From Rhodosorus marinus CCMP1338 (Eukaryota; Plantae; Rhodophyta): 64,000 nucleotides of DNA. The translations under genes and the position numbers were made by a program. Below, piece by piece: positions 50,664-63,060 of this stretch. The stretch is taken from NCBI GenBank assembly GCA_029953675.1, contig JAMWBK010000007.1:310001-374000 (forward strand), read 5' to 3'. Numbering within the stretch: the first letter of the stretch is position 1; every line of letters begins with the position of its first letter. The notes under the pieces were generated by a model. It was not told where the DNA came from and searched no databases. It saw nothing but the letters and a program-made list of their open reading frames with translations.

Positions 50664-51431
50664 ATGGGTGGTCCGCAGAACGTGGGTGGGAAGGCGGCGA
50701 CGTCTGTACTGATGAGGTTCATGTAAGTTCAGGTTCTTCTTTTCTTTTTTTTTGGTTCGTTTTTGGTTTGGCTAGCGCTGTTTTTGGCGCTGTTAGGATT
50801 AATTTCTGACCTTGGATCTCGATGTTTGTTCTTGTTTGGATTAGTAACTCTCCAACTGGGCCGAGAACGACTCATTTCTGGGGGCCTGTGGCAAACTGGT
50901 AAGCTTTGATCGCTCGAGGATGGATTGGATGTCTCGGTGGTGCTGGTGCTGAATTTTTGCTGTTTTTTGGTTGGTCTCGCCATCGTTTAGGGGTTTTGCA
51001 CTTGCTGGACTTGTCGACATGAAGAAGCCCGCGGATATGGTATCGTCGAGGATGACCGCGGCGTTGTGCGTGTACAGGTTTGTTGTAGATTGTCGAATCG
51101 GCGGTAAAGCGATCCTCTCGCGAGATCTGAACATCTACCGTTTGTCGGCTTTTTTCTTTGGTGTAGCTTGTTGTTCATGAGGTTCGCTCTGAGAGTACAA
51201 CCGCGAAATCTGATTCTGTTTTCTTGCCATGCAGCAAATGAAGTGGTACAGCTATACCAATTCCAGCGATCATTGGGTGGTTACGATTACTTTGCTGGCA
51301 AAAAGGTACGTTTGGATTGTCCAGTCACCTGCGTGGACAAGGACACCGGCCATTTACGCCCTGGTGCTGACTACCTCTCCACACCACTCCCGATCTCACA
51401 GATGGCCGAAGAAGCCACTGCAAGAAAGTGA
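50664..51431 (+). CDS. MPC1: Mitochondrial pyruvate carrier 1; 5 exons
   Basis: Spliced: [20 protein letters not shown]|[29 protein letters not shown]|[31 protein letters not shown]. Confidence 0.93.
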
Positions 51432-53063
51432 ACGTGATCAGTAATTTATCGCGTTCGTGTGGTGGCAATTTTAATTTTCCCTGTTTTGACATCTGGACTG
51501 ACCTCAATCCTAAGTCCACAGATGGAGCCCGCAATACAAAGGGTTTACATTCGAGAACCTATGAAACACTGACTTGGAAAGCTTCGACAATCAATTCTAT
51601 GCGAACGATCATTCGATGGGTGGCGCAACCTGCTGTGAGAAAAACTGATTCTATGAAGGAACCGTCTTTAACGGGTTTTTGAGCTAGCGTCTGACGTAGA
51701 TATCCGTTGAGGGTTCTCCAGGCGCCGTCAGTGAGAAGCTTGCGCTCTTGGGTTGTGAACTGCGACGTATTGAACTTGTTTTTCTTGATCAAATCATTCA
51801 CTTGTAAAATTCAGTGTCCTTTTTTTGAAGTTATAAGCGTATTAGGCATCTATTCTTCAAGGCAGCTGGATGATGTACGGTCTTCAACGTTCCTAAAGCG
51901 TTTCCTCTACCGTGCGCTCATACCGATCCCACTACCGCCCAGAGTATATCCGCGGCGGTTTGATAGATGGCTCTATTACTTCTGCTAGGTCCTCACAAGA
52001 GTCCCACGGGACTATGGAAGGCATAAAGAGCCAGCTTTGTACGGTCATGCCCTATGTTTACCTCCCGCTTAAGCCGTGTTCTCCGTAGCTAATACTAACA
52101 TCGTAAAAACCAAGAAAAAAAAGCGGACAAAGACCTAAACCGCTTACTGATTCAATCGTAGCATTATTTGAAGCAGCCTCGGGAAAGCATCAGCTCGGGA
52201 TTAGAGCAAAAATCCTACCTCCCTCCCGGACGTCGTGTCTTATCCGAAACGGAACAACAACAGACTCGAGAATTTCAGGAAGATCTAACACGCAGAGACA
52301 GATCTTCAAATACGTCAAGATAAGCTTGAAGGGCAGCAAGAAAAACAGAAGATTATACATGGACAGGGGGTGCTCATATAGCCAAGTGCTGTCTCATTCT
52401 CCACAATCCGCAGCAGTCCCAAGCTCAACCCCCCTGTCCCAAAAGCCTTTCACCAGCCCCGCGACCAACCCATCCCAAGTTCAATCCAAATATTAAAAAA
52501 TAGAAAAATATTAGGAGGATATTCAATCTCAACTAGAAGGAGAACCTCTATCACTGGATAAAAAAGTTTATTAATGATTGACAATTCCATTTGTACCTAA
52601 AAATAAATATTATAGTTCATGAAAAGCATACAATTAATTCCTTTCAATCTTTCATGTTGATTGATCAACCATAATGATTGTCCCATCGTGTATGGGACAC
52701 CTCATGAATTTGGTTTTTGAGTGATTTTTCGATGGTTTGTCCCATTGGATTAATTTTTGAAAGTGTATCTGTGCGGGAATGGAAATAGTACTTAAGGTTT
52801 TAAGGTGTGGGGATGGAGGAGGAGGAGGAGGAGGAGGACTGTCTGGACGAGAAAGGTTCCTGAGCCTGCGTGTTGTTTTTTTGTTTGCATTTTGTTTATT
52901 ATAAAAAGGGACTAGTGTTGTTTCTGTTTTGTCGTGAAAACTTTTTTTTTTGGGGGGGGGGGGAAGGGAAGGAGTTTGTTTAGTGTCTGCTTTTTTTCTG
53001 TTCAGGAGGTGGTGGTGTGTTTCTGCGTTTCGTTTCTTGGAGGTTGTTCGGACTTTCGAGGCG

Positions 53064-54454
53064 ATGAGTAGGAGAGGATTGATATGTACGGCTCTGATGG
53101 TGATATGTTTGGCCGGCATCATGGGTGTTGGATATGGCCAGTCTGCGCCGATGGTAGTGAAGATTAACACTCCAACACCCAACGCTGAGTCGATTGAGAT
53201 GGCGGAGAGTCTGACGAAGGCTCACCAGGTTGAGGAGGAGATTTCTACTAGGGAAGTGCTGATTGAGGTTGAGAGCTCGACGCCTGAAAGGGACGAAGCT
53301 GATGCTGATCCAGAGTTTAGGACGATGAATGATCTGCTGGCTTGGTCTGTGAACGCGACTGTTGGCCACAAAGGAACGGTGAATCTCGGGTACGGCGCGA
53401 CTGTTCCCTGTGAACTGAGCGTGCAGATTCCTATTTCTCACACTGTGGTACTGTTTAATTCCATTCACACAGGAACTTGGCTGCATCCATGAACGCTGCC
53501 TCTATTGATGACTTGCTCGACATATCAGCAGAATCTAGTTCTGCTGTAGAGATTATGAGAGCAACACTATCCACGCTTTCCAACGTGCAGAAGGTAATCA
53601 ATGGGGACGTTGAATATTCGACTATTCACTCCTGATACCCTGACTCCACTGTTTCCACTCCCGACCTCAGATGCCGGAGCACAAAGTAAACATGGAGCAG
53701 GTCGTTGAAGCACTACAAGCACTCGAAGAACTCTGCCATAATCTTGACAACGCCAATGACTTGATTGAGATGGATGAGTCTGTTGTTATCGTCAACATGC
53801 TAAACTCGTACGTGGTATCTCTTTTCAATCTAAATCACAGAGAGAACCTCGAGAGAGATGTGGCCATCTTTTTCACCCGCTAAAACGCTTTTTGGTTTTG
53901 CTTTGTTTGGCCTTATCTACAGATCCAGTTCGGATATTCGATTGAACTCCGCGTGGACGGTCGCGACATGCATGCAGAACAATCCAACGGCTCAGAGCGG
54001 CATGCTTGGATTTGGTGTCTTTGACAAGCTCGTTGACCTGTTCCTTGGTGATGAACAAGATGCCGTGCGCGGAAAGGCGATTTTTGCGTTACAATGCTTG
54101 GCTGAGAACGAAACCGGTAGAGCGCTCTTCGAGAAGGAGCCAAGGTAAGCTTCCTTTCATCCACGAGCAAGACGAATTCTCTTCTGAAAATCTCGCTGTC
54201 TCTCTTCCCTCCCCAACAGAACAATGCAAATCTTGGAGAAGGCAGTGCAGAAACAAAGTAGCTCAAGAGTGCTCCGCCGGGCATTCAATATGGGAGAAGT
54301 TTTGGTAAGACACAGAGGTGGATACTGGAGGCCGAAGATGAGCAAGGTCGCCAAAGCAGCAGAGAGGTTCATGAGAGACAGTTCGGACAGAGATGTTAAG
54401 GAGAGCGCCGCGAATTTTGTGAAGACATTGTACAGTGAAGACATCCAGACGTGA
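53064..54454 (+). CDS. Hsp70 nucleotide-exchange factor, SIL1/FES1/HspBP1 family, with signal peptide; multi-exon
   Basis: Signal-like MSRRGLICTALMVICLAGIMGVGYG, Fes1-type MNDLLAWSV, ALQALEELCHNLDNANDL, AWTVATCMQNNPTAQ, KAIFAL. Confidence 0.85.
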
Positions 54455-55165
54455 GTCCGTGTGTGGTGTGGTTTTGTGTAGATAGCACCTTTTTTTTATT
54501 TGGTTTCCCTCGAGATGGTGGGGTTCTAGGTCTCCATGTTGCGGTCCAACTGGGACAGATAGTAATCATCGTTTACGACACCAAAGCGCTTCATGCATCC
54601 ACGTAGAGTGGCGTACAGGGAGGTTCTGCTCCAATAGAGAAACCCAACGCGCTAGATTCCCGCTCTTGGAATGGCCGAAGAGCGTTCTCACACAAGTTCT
54701 GCCCAACAAAGCTGATGAGAAGTCACAGCACACTGCTCGATAAGCAATCGGATCTCAGTTCGAGGTAGTCTCTGGCCACAGCCCACGCTCGGGTACTATC
54801 CAGGGCTAGCGCACTGACGAATGTTCTCACTGAGTTCATGAATCACATTGATTAGACCGGCAAAGCCGTAGAGCGCTCTGATATGGAATCCCTCAAGATC
54901 GTCGTACAAGGACATGCCCCGTCCGTGTCGGATGAAGCTCTGCTCAGCTAAGCGTCTTGTTGATGGCATCTGCTTCCACTATAGACAGTGTCGGTCTGCT
55001 TGCTCCGCAAAGGCCTCACCGGCGCCGCGTGCTGAATCGAATGGGTATTTCTCTCTTTCATCCACGTCGGGGTTTAAGAGGACCTGGAAGCAGTTGGAGT
55101 CTTACGAGGAAGAATGGATGGGTTTTTCCTTGGTGATGAGTTGAACCTGAAGTGAAGGGCTGGAC

Positions 55166-55910
55166 ATGGCGTGGATGGGCTCTAGGCTGACTATGAGGCG
55201 GTCTGGCCTCATCCAAATCCCACGTCGAGCGTGGTCTTCGGTGGACTCAAGCACGAGAGCAGAGAGCGTTTACCTCTTTTGGATTCTTGATGGGGGAAGG
55301 CTATCTAAAGAGACGAGTCGGTCACTCTCCGCTGTGAATAGTATCAGATCTGCGGTCGCAAAGTACGGAAAGATGGAGCGGTTCAGAGCCGTGTTCATTC
55401 AGAATGTGAGCAAAGGATCAAAAGCTATTAGGAATGCTGGTTTCCCCTAACATGGTACAAGACTTGTCTCTCTGCCGCGATTGTTCTCAGCCATCTTTGA
55501 ACTGGGGCTACAGGCCGGGCGGACATTCCCGAGATGTAGAGTCGTATACTGAGGAGTTTCGATGTCCATATTGTGAAACGTTTACTGCTGTTAATACTGC
55601 TCAGCTCAGAGAGCACTTCAGGAAGATACATGTCACCAATCCACACTCAAGCAAGCATCATCTTACGGCCCTAACCAGAGGCGTAGAAGAACGGCTTCTG
55701 TTCTCCGGTTCAAGATCTGCAGGAGGTGCGTTCACAGTAGCTGGAGAGCCAATAGCTTCGCCGGATGATCTTCGAAGCGCTCTTCAGTACGTCGAGCATG
55801 GTGGATTGAGTTCACTGGAGCAGGAGAAGCTTGAGTCTTCGATCGTCGAGAGCGGAACACAAGTCTTAAGATTCTCGGAGTCGGAGGTTGAGACCATGTT
55901 GAGGGAGTAA
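55166..55910 (+). CDS. NYN/LabA-like N-terminal fragment + C2H2 zinc finger protein, organelle-targeting-like N-terminus
   Basis: VYLFWILDG...IRSAVAKYGKMERFRA resembles an NYN start, and CPYCETF...QLREHFRKIH is a C2H2 finger. Joining the two ORFs needs an intron near 55405-55490. Confidence 0.6.
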
Positions 55911-56925
55911 GAACCTTGCGAGGATAAGATGATAAGGCTAGACGTTTGGACAAATTGCTGAGGGTTCGTCTCCGTTTGGCTCGAAAACCTGTCCTAGGGA
56001 AGCACGTCTATGGCTGCGAAACTCGCGACGATGCTCTCTGAATGATCTGCAGAGTATCGCTCTAATCAGTTCTTCCGCGATCTACGGTCGACTGCTAAGA
56101 AAGCTGAGAATGGAGTTCTCTTGTAGAACAATTTTTATATACGACGGGTTCGCGGCGCTTCAGGCCAGTGAAGAGGAAGATCCTCTTCATGTCCAGCTCG
56201 ATTTCAACGACGTAGAATCCAGTGACTAGGACCTAACTCCGAATACGTCATCGTGATCACCGTGGACAGAGATTCTGTGAACACCGACGACCTGTATCTA
56301 GCCTATCTATCTAATCCCGACTCTTTAGGACATAAAGAAAACTCTACATTGCTTCAAATCGTTGTAGTACGCGTGTTTCGCAGTCCGATCCAGGCCTCAT
56401 TCAGCTCGCCGATTTTCTGACTCTTGTAGACTGGTTTGTGTAAACCAACCTGTGTGAAACTGAACAGATCTCTCTAGCTAGTGGCTCCTACTATCAGAGC
56501 CCAGACAACCCCATCGCTTTCTAACAAGCACGGCAACAGAGCCAGCATTGGACAGTTGCTATGCAAAATCTACCGTATGCAAGATTTTACATCAATTATT
56601 TGTTAAGTATCAACTCCTAACCCCCACTTTTCTCTCAAATAATAAATTTGTTTTAATATTTAGAGGATATGAAGAATACAAATTTCGGAATTTATAAATA
56701 CTATAATTATAATGTATTTATTGATATAAAGAGGAGCTTTAAGCGTCATTTAGTTTTTCGGTTGGCAGGAGAGCAATCGCGGGGAAGGAAATGGAATCAG
56801 GGTTTTGACGATTCTGCCTGGAAGAAGAAGGGGCATCGAGGTAGCTATGTATTTGGAGTTGAGTGGATTTATTTGAGAGTTTGAAGCGTAAAAGAGCCCC
56901 TTTTTCAAACACACTTTAGTCCGCG

Positions 56926-58083
56926 ATGAGGTAGGTGGATATACGCGCCAGTATCGTTTCAGTTTTTTTGTTTGCTGGGGCTCGGTGTCGTTAGGGTTCT
57001 GGTTCTGAGCATATTAGCTTCGCTGCGTTTAGGTTGGTTATTGTCCGTCACGCGGATCCAGAGTACTCCGTGGACGGACTGACTGAGAGTGGGCATTTGG
57101 AGGCGAAGGCGTTGGCGGAGCGGTTTGGGAGCGGATACGATGGCTCGATTGCGAAGATCTACACCTCACCGAAAGGAAGAGCACGAGCTACAGTGAGTCG
57201 AAGCGTTTATGGAAAGCTGAATCACCTTGTTACCTTTGCTCAATATTTCTCTGTCTTGTGGCGATGCTGCTTATATCCACGCCGTCACCAACAGGCCAAA
57301 TACACTGAAGATATCTTGGGTATGGAGGCAGCCGTGGAGGTGAGCCGCGGGGCCATATCGTTTCCAAACTGAGGATCGAAGCCGGCAGAAACCTTTGCTT
57401 AGTAAATGTGCTCTGCCGTTGATGTTGTCACAGGACTGGACCCAGGAGCTGTCATATTGGGGCAGGTTGGACCAGAACGCGCGTCCCGGAGAAGGGGGCA
57501 TGGCCCTGTGGGACATGCCCGGTGAATTTATTCGAAGTTTTGAGCCGCCACTGACAATCGAATCTCAGTGGGAAGAGTTGGAAGACTTGGGGAAGGTGAG
57601 TCTCAAGCTTCTGCTAATGAATCAGACCAACCCCTCACTAAGGACGAAATACCTGATGCATTGCCTTTTCTGTCGCTGCTTTCCAAGGTGCGAAAGAACT
57701 ATGTAGAGCTCTGCTCGATGTCTGATGCTTTTCTGGCGAGGCATGGATACGTCCGAGAGAACGGAAGGTACCGAGTTGAGCGGAGAAACGAGGACGTCAT
57801 TGTGGTATTTTGTCACGGAGGATTTGGTCTGACCTGGTTGTCACATCTGCTGCAATTGCCAGCTCCATGTGTTTGGTCAAACTTTTGGATGGCACCGAGT
57901 AGCGTGACAACCGTCCTCTTCGATATTAGATCGCCTGAATACGCAACCCCCAGGTGCCTCGCCGTCGGCGACCTGTCCCATCTGCACAAAGCTGGTCTAA
58001 CCACGGTCATTTCGAAGTACGAGAAACCAAACTCGTATGGGGACTATAAGAGACCATCAGCGATCAAGGCAAACTTCTGGTGA
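56926..58083 (+). CDS. Histidine phosphatase (phosphoglycerate mutase superfamily), bacterial-type; multi-exon
   Basis: Spliced: MR|LVIVRHADPEYS..LTESGHLEAKALA, YTSPKGRARAT, WTQEL, VFCHGGFGLTWLSHLL, PSSVT, GDLSHL. The RHA...SP..RA...E...HGG catalytic set is intact. Confidence 0.92.
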
Positions 58084-58295
58084 ACAGTTGCACCAGTAAT
58101 CTAAGCAAGGCACTCCCAAGGTTTTATCAAGACGGAATATAGTTGTAACAAAATTCGCAAAATATTAAGATGAAGGAACCCGGAGGGGTTAGCTACGAGA
58201 TTCCTTCGGAACGGCAAAACGCCCGGCCGGCCGCGCGCAATACCATGAAGACCATGCAATAGGCCACGCTGAGATTTCTCGCTTGACTACGGCAT

Positions 58296-59666
58296 TTACA
58301 TGTCCCCGTCCATAACTGGGGGTGGCACGTAGTTCTTCTTCATTCTGTTTACGCGCTTTCTCATGCCACCGCCTCTACGGTTTTGCTCGATCGTCTTCTC
58401 GCGCAAGTATTCCTCTCTCTTCTGGTTGTCCCAAACCTGTCTCTCGATCATTTCTTCCCGCTCCTTTTCAGGAACTTGCTCCCACTGAGCTTCGGATAAT
58501 CTGTGGGACAGGCGGGACAAAAAAAGGGTAGCGCAAACCGTCAGATGGGGACGGACAAAGAAAACGAAACTCTGTGCCATTCTTACTTCATCGCCATCTG
58601 TATAGCAATGATTTCATCATCCACCGTATACTCCTTCTTCAGCCAGGTGTATCGTACTTGCCATCGTATCTGGTCAAAGCACAACTTGCCAATGATGTAC
58701 GGCAGCTTGACTATTTGGAAAGGCAACAGGTCCAATACCCTTGGTTTTCGCACACTGTGCACAACAAGGAGTGAAATCATGGGATGAGATGCAAGGAACG
58801 GCAGGATGCAGGACAAGCGCTCAGGGCGCTGGCAACTTACTGCTTAGGAAAGTCAATCTCCTCCAATAGCTTCTTTTCAGCTTCCTTCGGATCTGCCGCC
58901 TTTTCAGCTACGACTAGGCGCGCCACTGATTCTTTGAACTCGGAGTTCTCTTTGATACGTTGCTGTAAAGAGCACGAGTACAACAGATTGTGTTAAGGGC
59001 CGTGATATCCTGAAAAGCCGCTGCTGTTTGTTCCTCCTTGCTAATATCTTACCACGAACCGATTGTGATTCAATCTCATGTTCAGGTAGTGGAGAGCGGT
59101 CGCCACCGCCAAGAGTCCAAAGATAACCACTCCAACCTCAGACTGGGCTGCATAAATTCCACCTCGCGCCCAACTGCAGAGAAAGGACGAAAAGGCGAAC
59201 AAACTTGTTCAGACGCGGCTTGAAACAATCCCTTGCGAGACACGAAGCAACGTACTTTTCAGGGTGGTCCAGAAAGTCGTGGTATTCTTCCCTCTTCGTT
59301 TCATTGCTGAGAATTTCATACGCATTCGAAAGCCTCAGCCATTCCTTCTTAGCTTCCTCGCTTTGGTTCCGATCCGGGTGCCTGCCCGGCAAAGCAAAGC
59401 CAAAAAAAAAAGAGAGTATGTTCTTCAGATATCCACCTCATAACAAAATACAGCAGACCCTAGTATCCATATCCAGACAAAACTTACCATTCCAGAGACA
59501 AATTCCTGTAGTTCTTCTTTATCTGCGAGGCCTTTGCATCATCCCTCTTCAGCCCCAAAACCTTGTAGCAGTTTTCTTTCCCACAGAAGAGCGTGTCCAT
59601 ATACGAATCACCCACGACTCCCAGCACCAGTACCAGAACCAAACACACAAAAGCCAGACTCCTCAT
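58296..59666 (-). CDS. DNAJC25: DnaJ homolog subfamily C member 25-like (signal peptide, J domain, TM); multi-exon
   Basis: MRSLAFVCLVLVLVLGVVG, LFCGKENCYKVLG...IKKNYRNLSLEW|HPDRN...SNAYEILSNETKREEYHDFLDHPE, later DLLPFQIV..PY, RWQVRYTWLKKEY. Confidence 0.82.
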
Positions 59667-61186
59667 CCTTAAAAAGCAAAACAAAAAAAACAACACCAAA
59701 ATCCTTCAACCTAATAACGGCCCTAACCACAGGTGAAAAACACTCCAATTGACAAATAGAACCTACTCATATTCCTACAGCATCCTTACTGCAATATCTA
59801 TCCTACCAGCACTAAACAAATCGCCACTCCTCCTCCCAACCCTCTCCCTCTCTCCCCTCCCCCCCGCCCCAATCCGAACACCTGTTCCCAATCCTTTTAT
59901 AAGAACATTTTTCATCGTAACAAAACCAAAAAGGAGAAAAATCCAACTTTTTTAGCCCCATAAATCGAAAACCCTGATAAAATACTAATTAGAGCCACTC
60001 AGCAAAAGTGTATATAATAAAGCAATACAAATACCCCCATTCAATCATCAAAGCCATATATAGATTGTAATTCAGTCACCTGGTCCCATTGTTGAATCGC
60101 AGCTTTTTCAGGGCTGGCTCGTCGCTGGAGTTGAAAAAATTAAGATTTTTACTGGCCAGATTTTTTTATTGGGGGGGGGGGGCCGGTGTTTACGGGGCTA
60201 TTTTAAATGGAAATCGGAGAAACCGGGCCACGGGATGTTTAGTACATCTAGTGAGTTTTAAGGTGGTTTGGGGTGGATTTTTGGATGAATAGGAAAATAA
60301 TTCGAAGTATATTATAATTTAAATGGGAATTGGGGATTTTTATGTGTAGTTTAGAAATAATTATGTGTTCACTGTACAGAGTGGGATGGGAGGGATGAGT
60401 GGGAATGGTGGGCTAGAGTCCATGTGGGAGCCATCGGGGTCTCATCTTCCTGGGCTTTTTGACGTTGATGCAGCTTGGATTTGGGGGTTTCCACTTGCAG
60501 CAAGGAGTGAGAAGAAGCCTTAAGTGAGAGCCACCTTGTTGAATTCTTGCCAGGATGGATTTCCGCGGTCCGTGGGCACTGAGAAGATGAACCACGGATT
60601 CAAATGTCGACTTCCCTGTGCGAAAACTCAAAAAAGCAACCTGGAAAGCGCTTTTTCGGTAGCATGCTAGGTTCCCCGGAGCTGTCTCTGCTTATTGCCG
60701 AGACGAGGCAACTGCCGTCCTTGGCCAGAACTCAAACCCCTCTCTTTGTCTCTGTGAGTACTGGCTGGTTGTGTGGAGGTTGTCAGTTTGTTTTTATTAC
60801 ACAAAGGCTCCTGGTTCAGTAAAAACAATGAGAGAAAAACAGTTCATCGCTTTCCGTCCCGACTAGGTGAAAAAAGAAACGACATATGCTGCGATTGAGT
60901 TTGTACGTGAGAGCCCTGGATCATGCCCTCGATCTCTGTTGCAGCAACTACATCCACAAGGAATCGATGGCTCGGAGAGTGCGCCTTTATAGCACGTTCA
61001 AAAAAAATTTCAATCGCAAATCCAGCTCTGGTCACAGTCACTACGGCAACTCGCCTCCCGACCCCCTAGGAGTCAATCCCCAGACAGGCTATCTCGGCCA
61101 GGCGAGAGCGAGTCCCGTCTGTTTTGAACTGATCAGCATTGCGCGGAGCTCGTCATCGAAAAGCAGCGCGCAACATACGGATTAAC

Positions 61187-62376
61187 TTAAGCGTTCCTCT
61201 TCATTTCGCGCCAGCTATGCTCTAGGGCCTCTTTGTAAGCCCGTGCCGCGTCCTCCGCGTCCTCCGCTCCAGATATGCCTCTCATCACCGCAATCCCGGA
61301 TGCGCCGGCTTCAATTACCTGGAATCCGCACAAGGAAGCACACTTGTTAGATAGAGCCCAACCTGCTGTGCCCCTTCCTCATCGGACTGCGGTAGCTTAC
61401 CGTCGACACATTCTCAGGGGTAATGCCACCCACTGCAATCATTGGGAGAGACGAATTGAGTGCTCTGCCGACCATCTTGAGCATGAGAATTCCCTCCGGC
61501 GACTACATGAAACGAACGGTATAATCATCAGTATCCTCGACAGAATTCTAGGCCTAATATGGATGACCTGGGATGCTACCTTTCCGGGATGACTTTCGCT
61601 TTCAAACATGGTCCCTACGAGAAGATAATCCGCGCCGTTCTCGTCCGCCCTCTCCGCTGCGGGGACAGAGTGAACCGACGACCCAATTGTCTTTTTATCA
61701 GAGGTCTTTTCTCTCGCTATAGAATGGAATTCTGTGGTGAGTCAAGCGAATTTTGTTAGCCTCAAGATCTCACGAAGATTTCGACCTTCACTCATATGAA
61801 GAGTCGTCTGTTTTCACGCGGATGACACTTACTGCACAAGTCTTCGGGAAGGTGAAGCCCTACGCCTTCAAACTGGGATGCGACGCCAATGTTGCTGTTG
61901 ACCAGCACCGTGACATCGGGGAACTTCTCAACAATCGTTTTCACAGCTGATTCCAGAGTCTCGTCTGCATTGCCACCGGAAACAAACAGAAAACCGCTCC
62001 TTTAGCGGGATGATGATAGAGCAGCCATACGCAGTGGCGAGCACTTACAATTGTCCATGATTTCTCGAATCTGGACGACATTAACACCACCTTCGATCGC
62101 CGCGGCAATCATCTTCAAGGTGGTTGGCATGTCATTTATTGCATACTGAGGCAACACGAACATGAAAGTCGGCATTGGGAGCTTATTCCTTTCCCGTTCG
62201 ACAATCGACGTAGACTCATCATCAACTGTAGCTTCAACACACGCCCTGACAGGCCTACTTCGAGAAATCCTCACATTCCCATATCTCCCTCCATGTGATC
62301 GCCTACTCCTGACCAGTCCAATCCCCCTCAAGCGACCATCCCTCACCACCAACCCTTGTCCCACAAATCCTACCAT
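61187..62376 (-). CDS. Stand-alone thiamine-phosphate synthase (ThiE)/TenI-like protein with plastid transit-like peptide; multi-exon
   Basis: GGVNVVQIRE, VLVNSNIGVA...GLHLPE, IGSSVHS...A...GADYLLVGTMFESESHPG, PMIAVGGITPENV, AGASGIAVMRGI. N-terminus is MVGFVGQG...VRAC. Confidence 0.85.
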
Positions 62377-62772
62377 CCTCCCCGCCCCCGGCAAAAAAAC
62401 ACCAAAAAAACACCAAACGAAACACACACACAAAACACCCACGCTCCCCAAAAAATCTCAGAGCTCTCACTCCCTCAAGAGCAGACCTACTCCCCCAACA
62501 AAACCCCCCCACACACAAAAATTACCACACTCAAATCCTCCTCCCACCCCGCGCACCCAAAATCCCCGACGGAACAATCTCCCCCCGCGCCCCCCCCAAA
62601 AAAAATACCTTCAGCTTTTATATACAAAAACAACAACACCCGTCCCTAGTTTTAGTTTAGTTCAAAACTATACACACTCACTCACACACACACACACACA
62701 CAAGACCTCCTTCCTTACCGCCTTTAATAACCGTCTCATCCTCCCCCAATCCTTCCCCAATCTTTCCTATAA

Positions 62773-62839
62773 CACCTCCGCCGTTCCCTTTTCCATCAAA
62801 AAATCCGTTCCAAAAAAAAAAGCTCTCCGTCTCACTGTT

Positions 62840-62888
<49 letters not shown>

Positions 62889-63060
62889 CTCACGCTCTCT
62901 CTCTGTCTCTGTTTCCACCTCCACCTTTCCCTTTTCCATCAAAATCCGTTCCATAAAAGCTCTCCGTCTCTTACTCTTCTCTTCTCTCTATCTCCCTATC
63001 TCTCTCTCTCTCTCCCTCTCTCTCTCTCTCTCTATCTCTCTCGCTCTCTGTGTTTCCACC
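62773..63060. repeat. Two ~144-bp tandem copies, each ending in a (CT)n microsatellite
   Basis: CACCTCC.CC.TTCCCTTTTCCATCAAAA(A)TCCGTTCCA..AAAGCTCTCCGTCTC...(CT)n...TGTTTCCACC occurs at ~62773 and ~62917. Confidence 0.85.

Noticed and set aside
54527-55160. Possible minus-strand gene with a CPC motif (Mia40-like) or RFGV..DDY..S (PIP5K-like)
   Set aside because: A twin CX9C pattern could not be assembled, and the PIP5K-like segment is followed almost immediately by a stop. A small gene may exist but no identity is supported.
60560-60600. In-frame TGA in WISAVRGH*EDEPR as possible selenocysteine
   Set aside because: There is no redox motif context, no supportable gene model and no SECIS recognised.
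62162-62956. 264-aa plus-strand ORF rich in P/T/K/H/L/S (similarly 33022-33570, 17302-17658 and 52652-53182)
   Set aside because: These are translations of C/A-rich antisense leaders and microsatellites, and low-complexity sequence lacks stops for compositional reasons.
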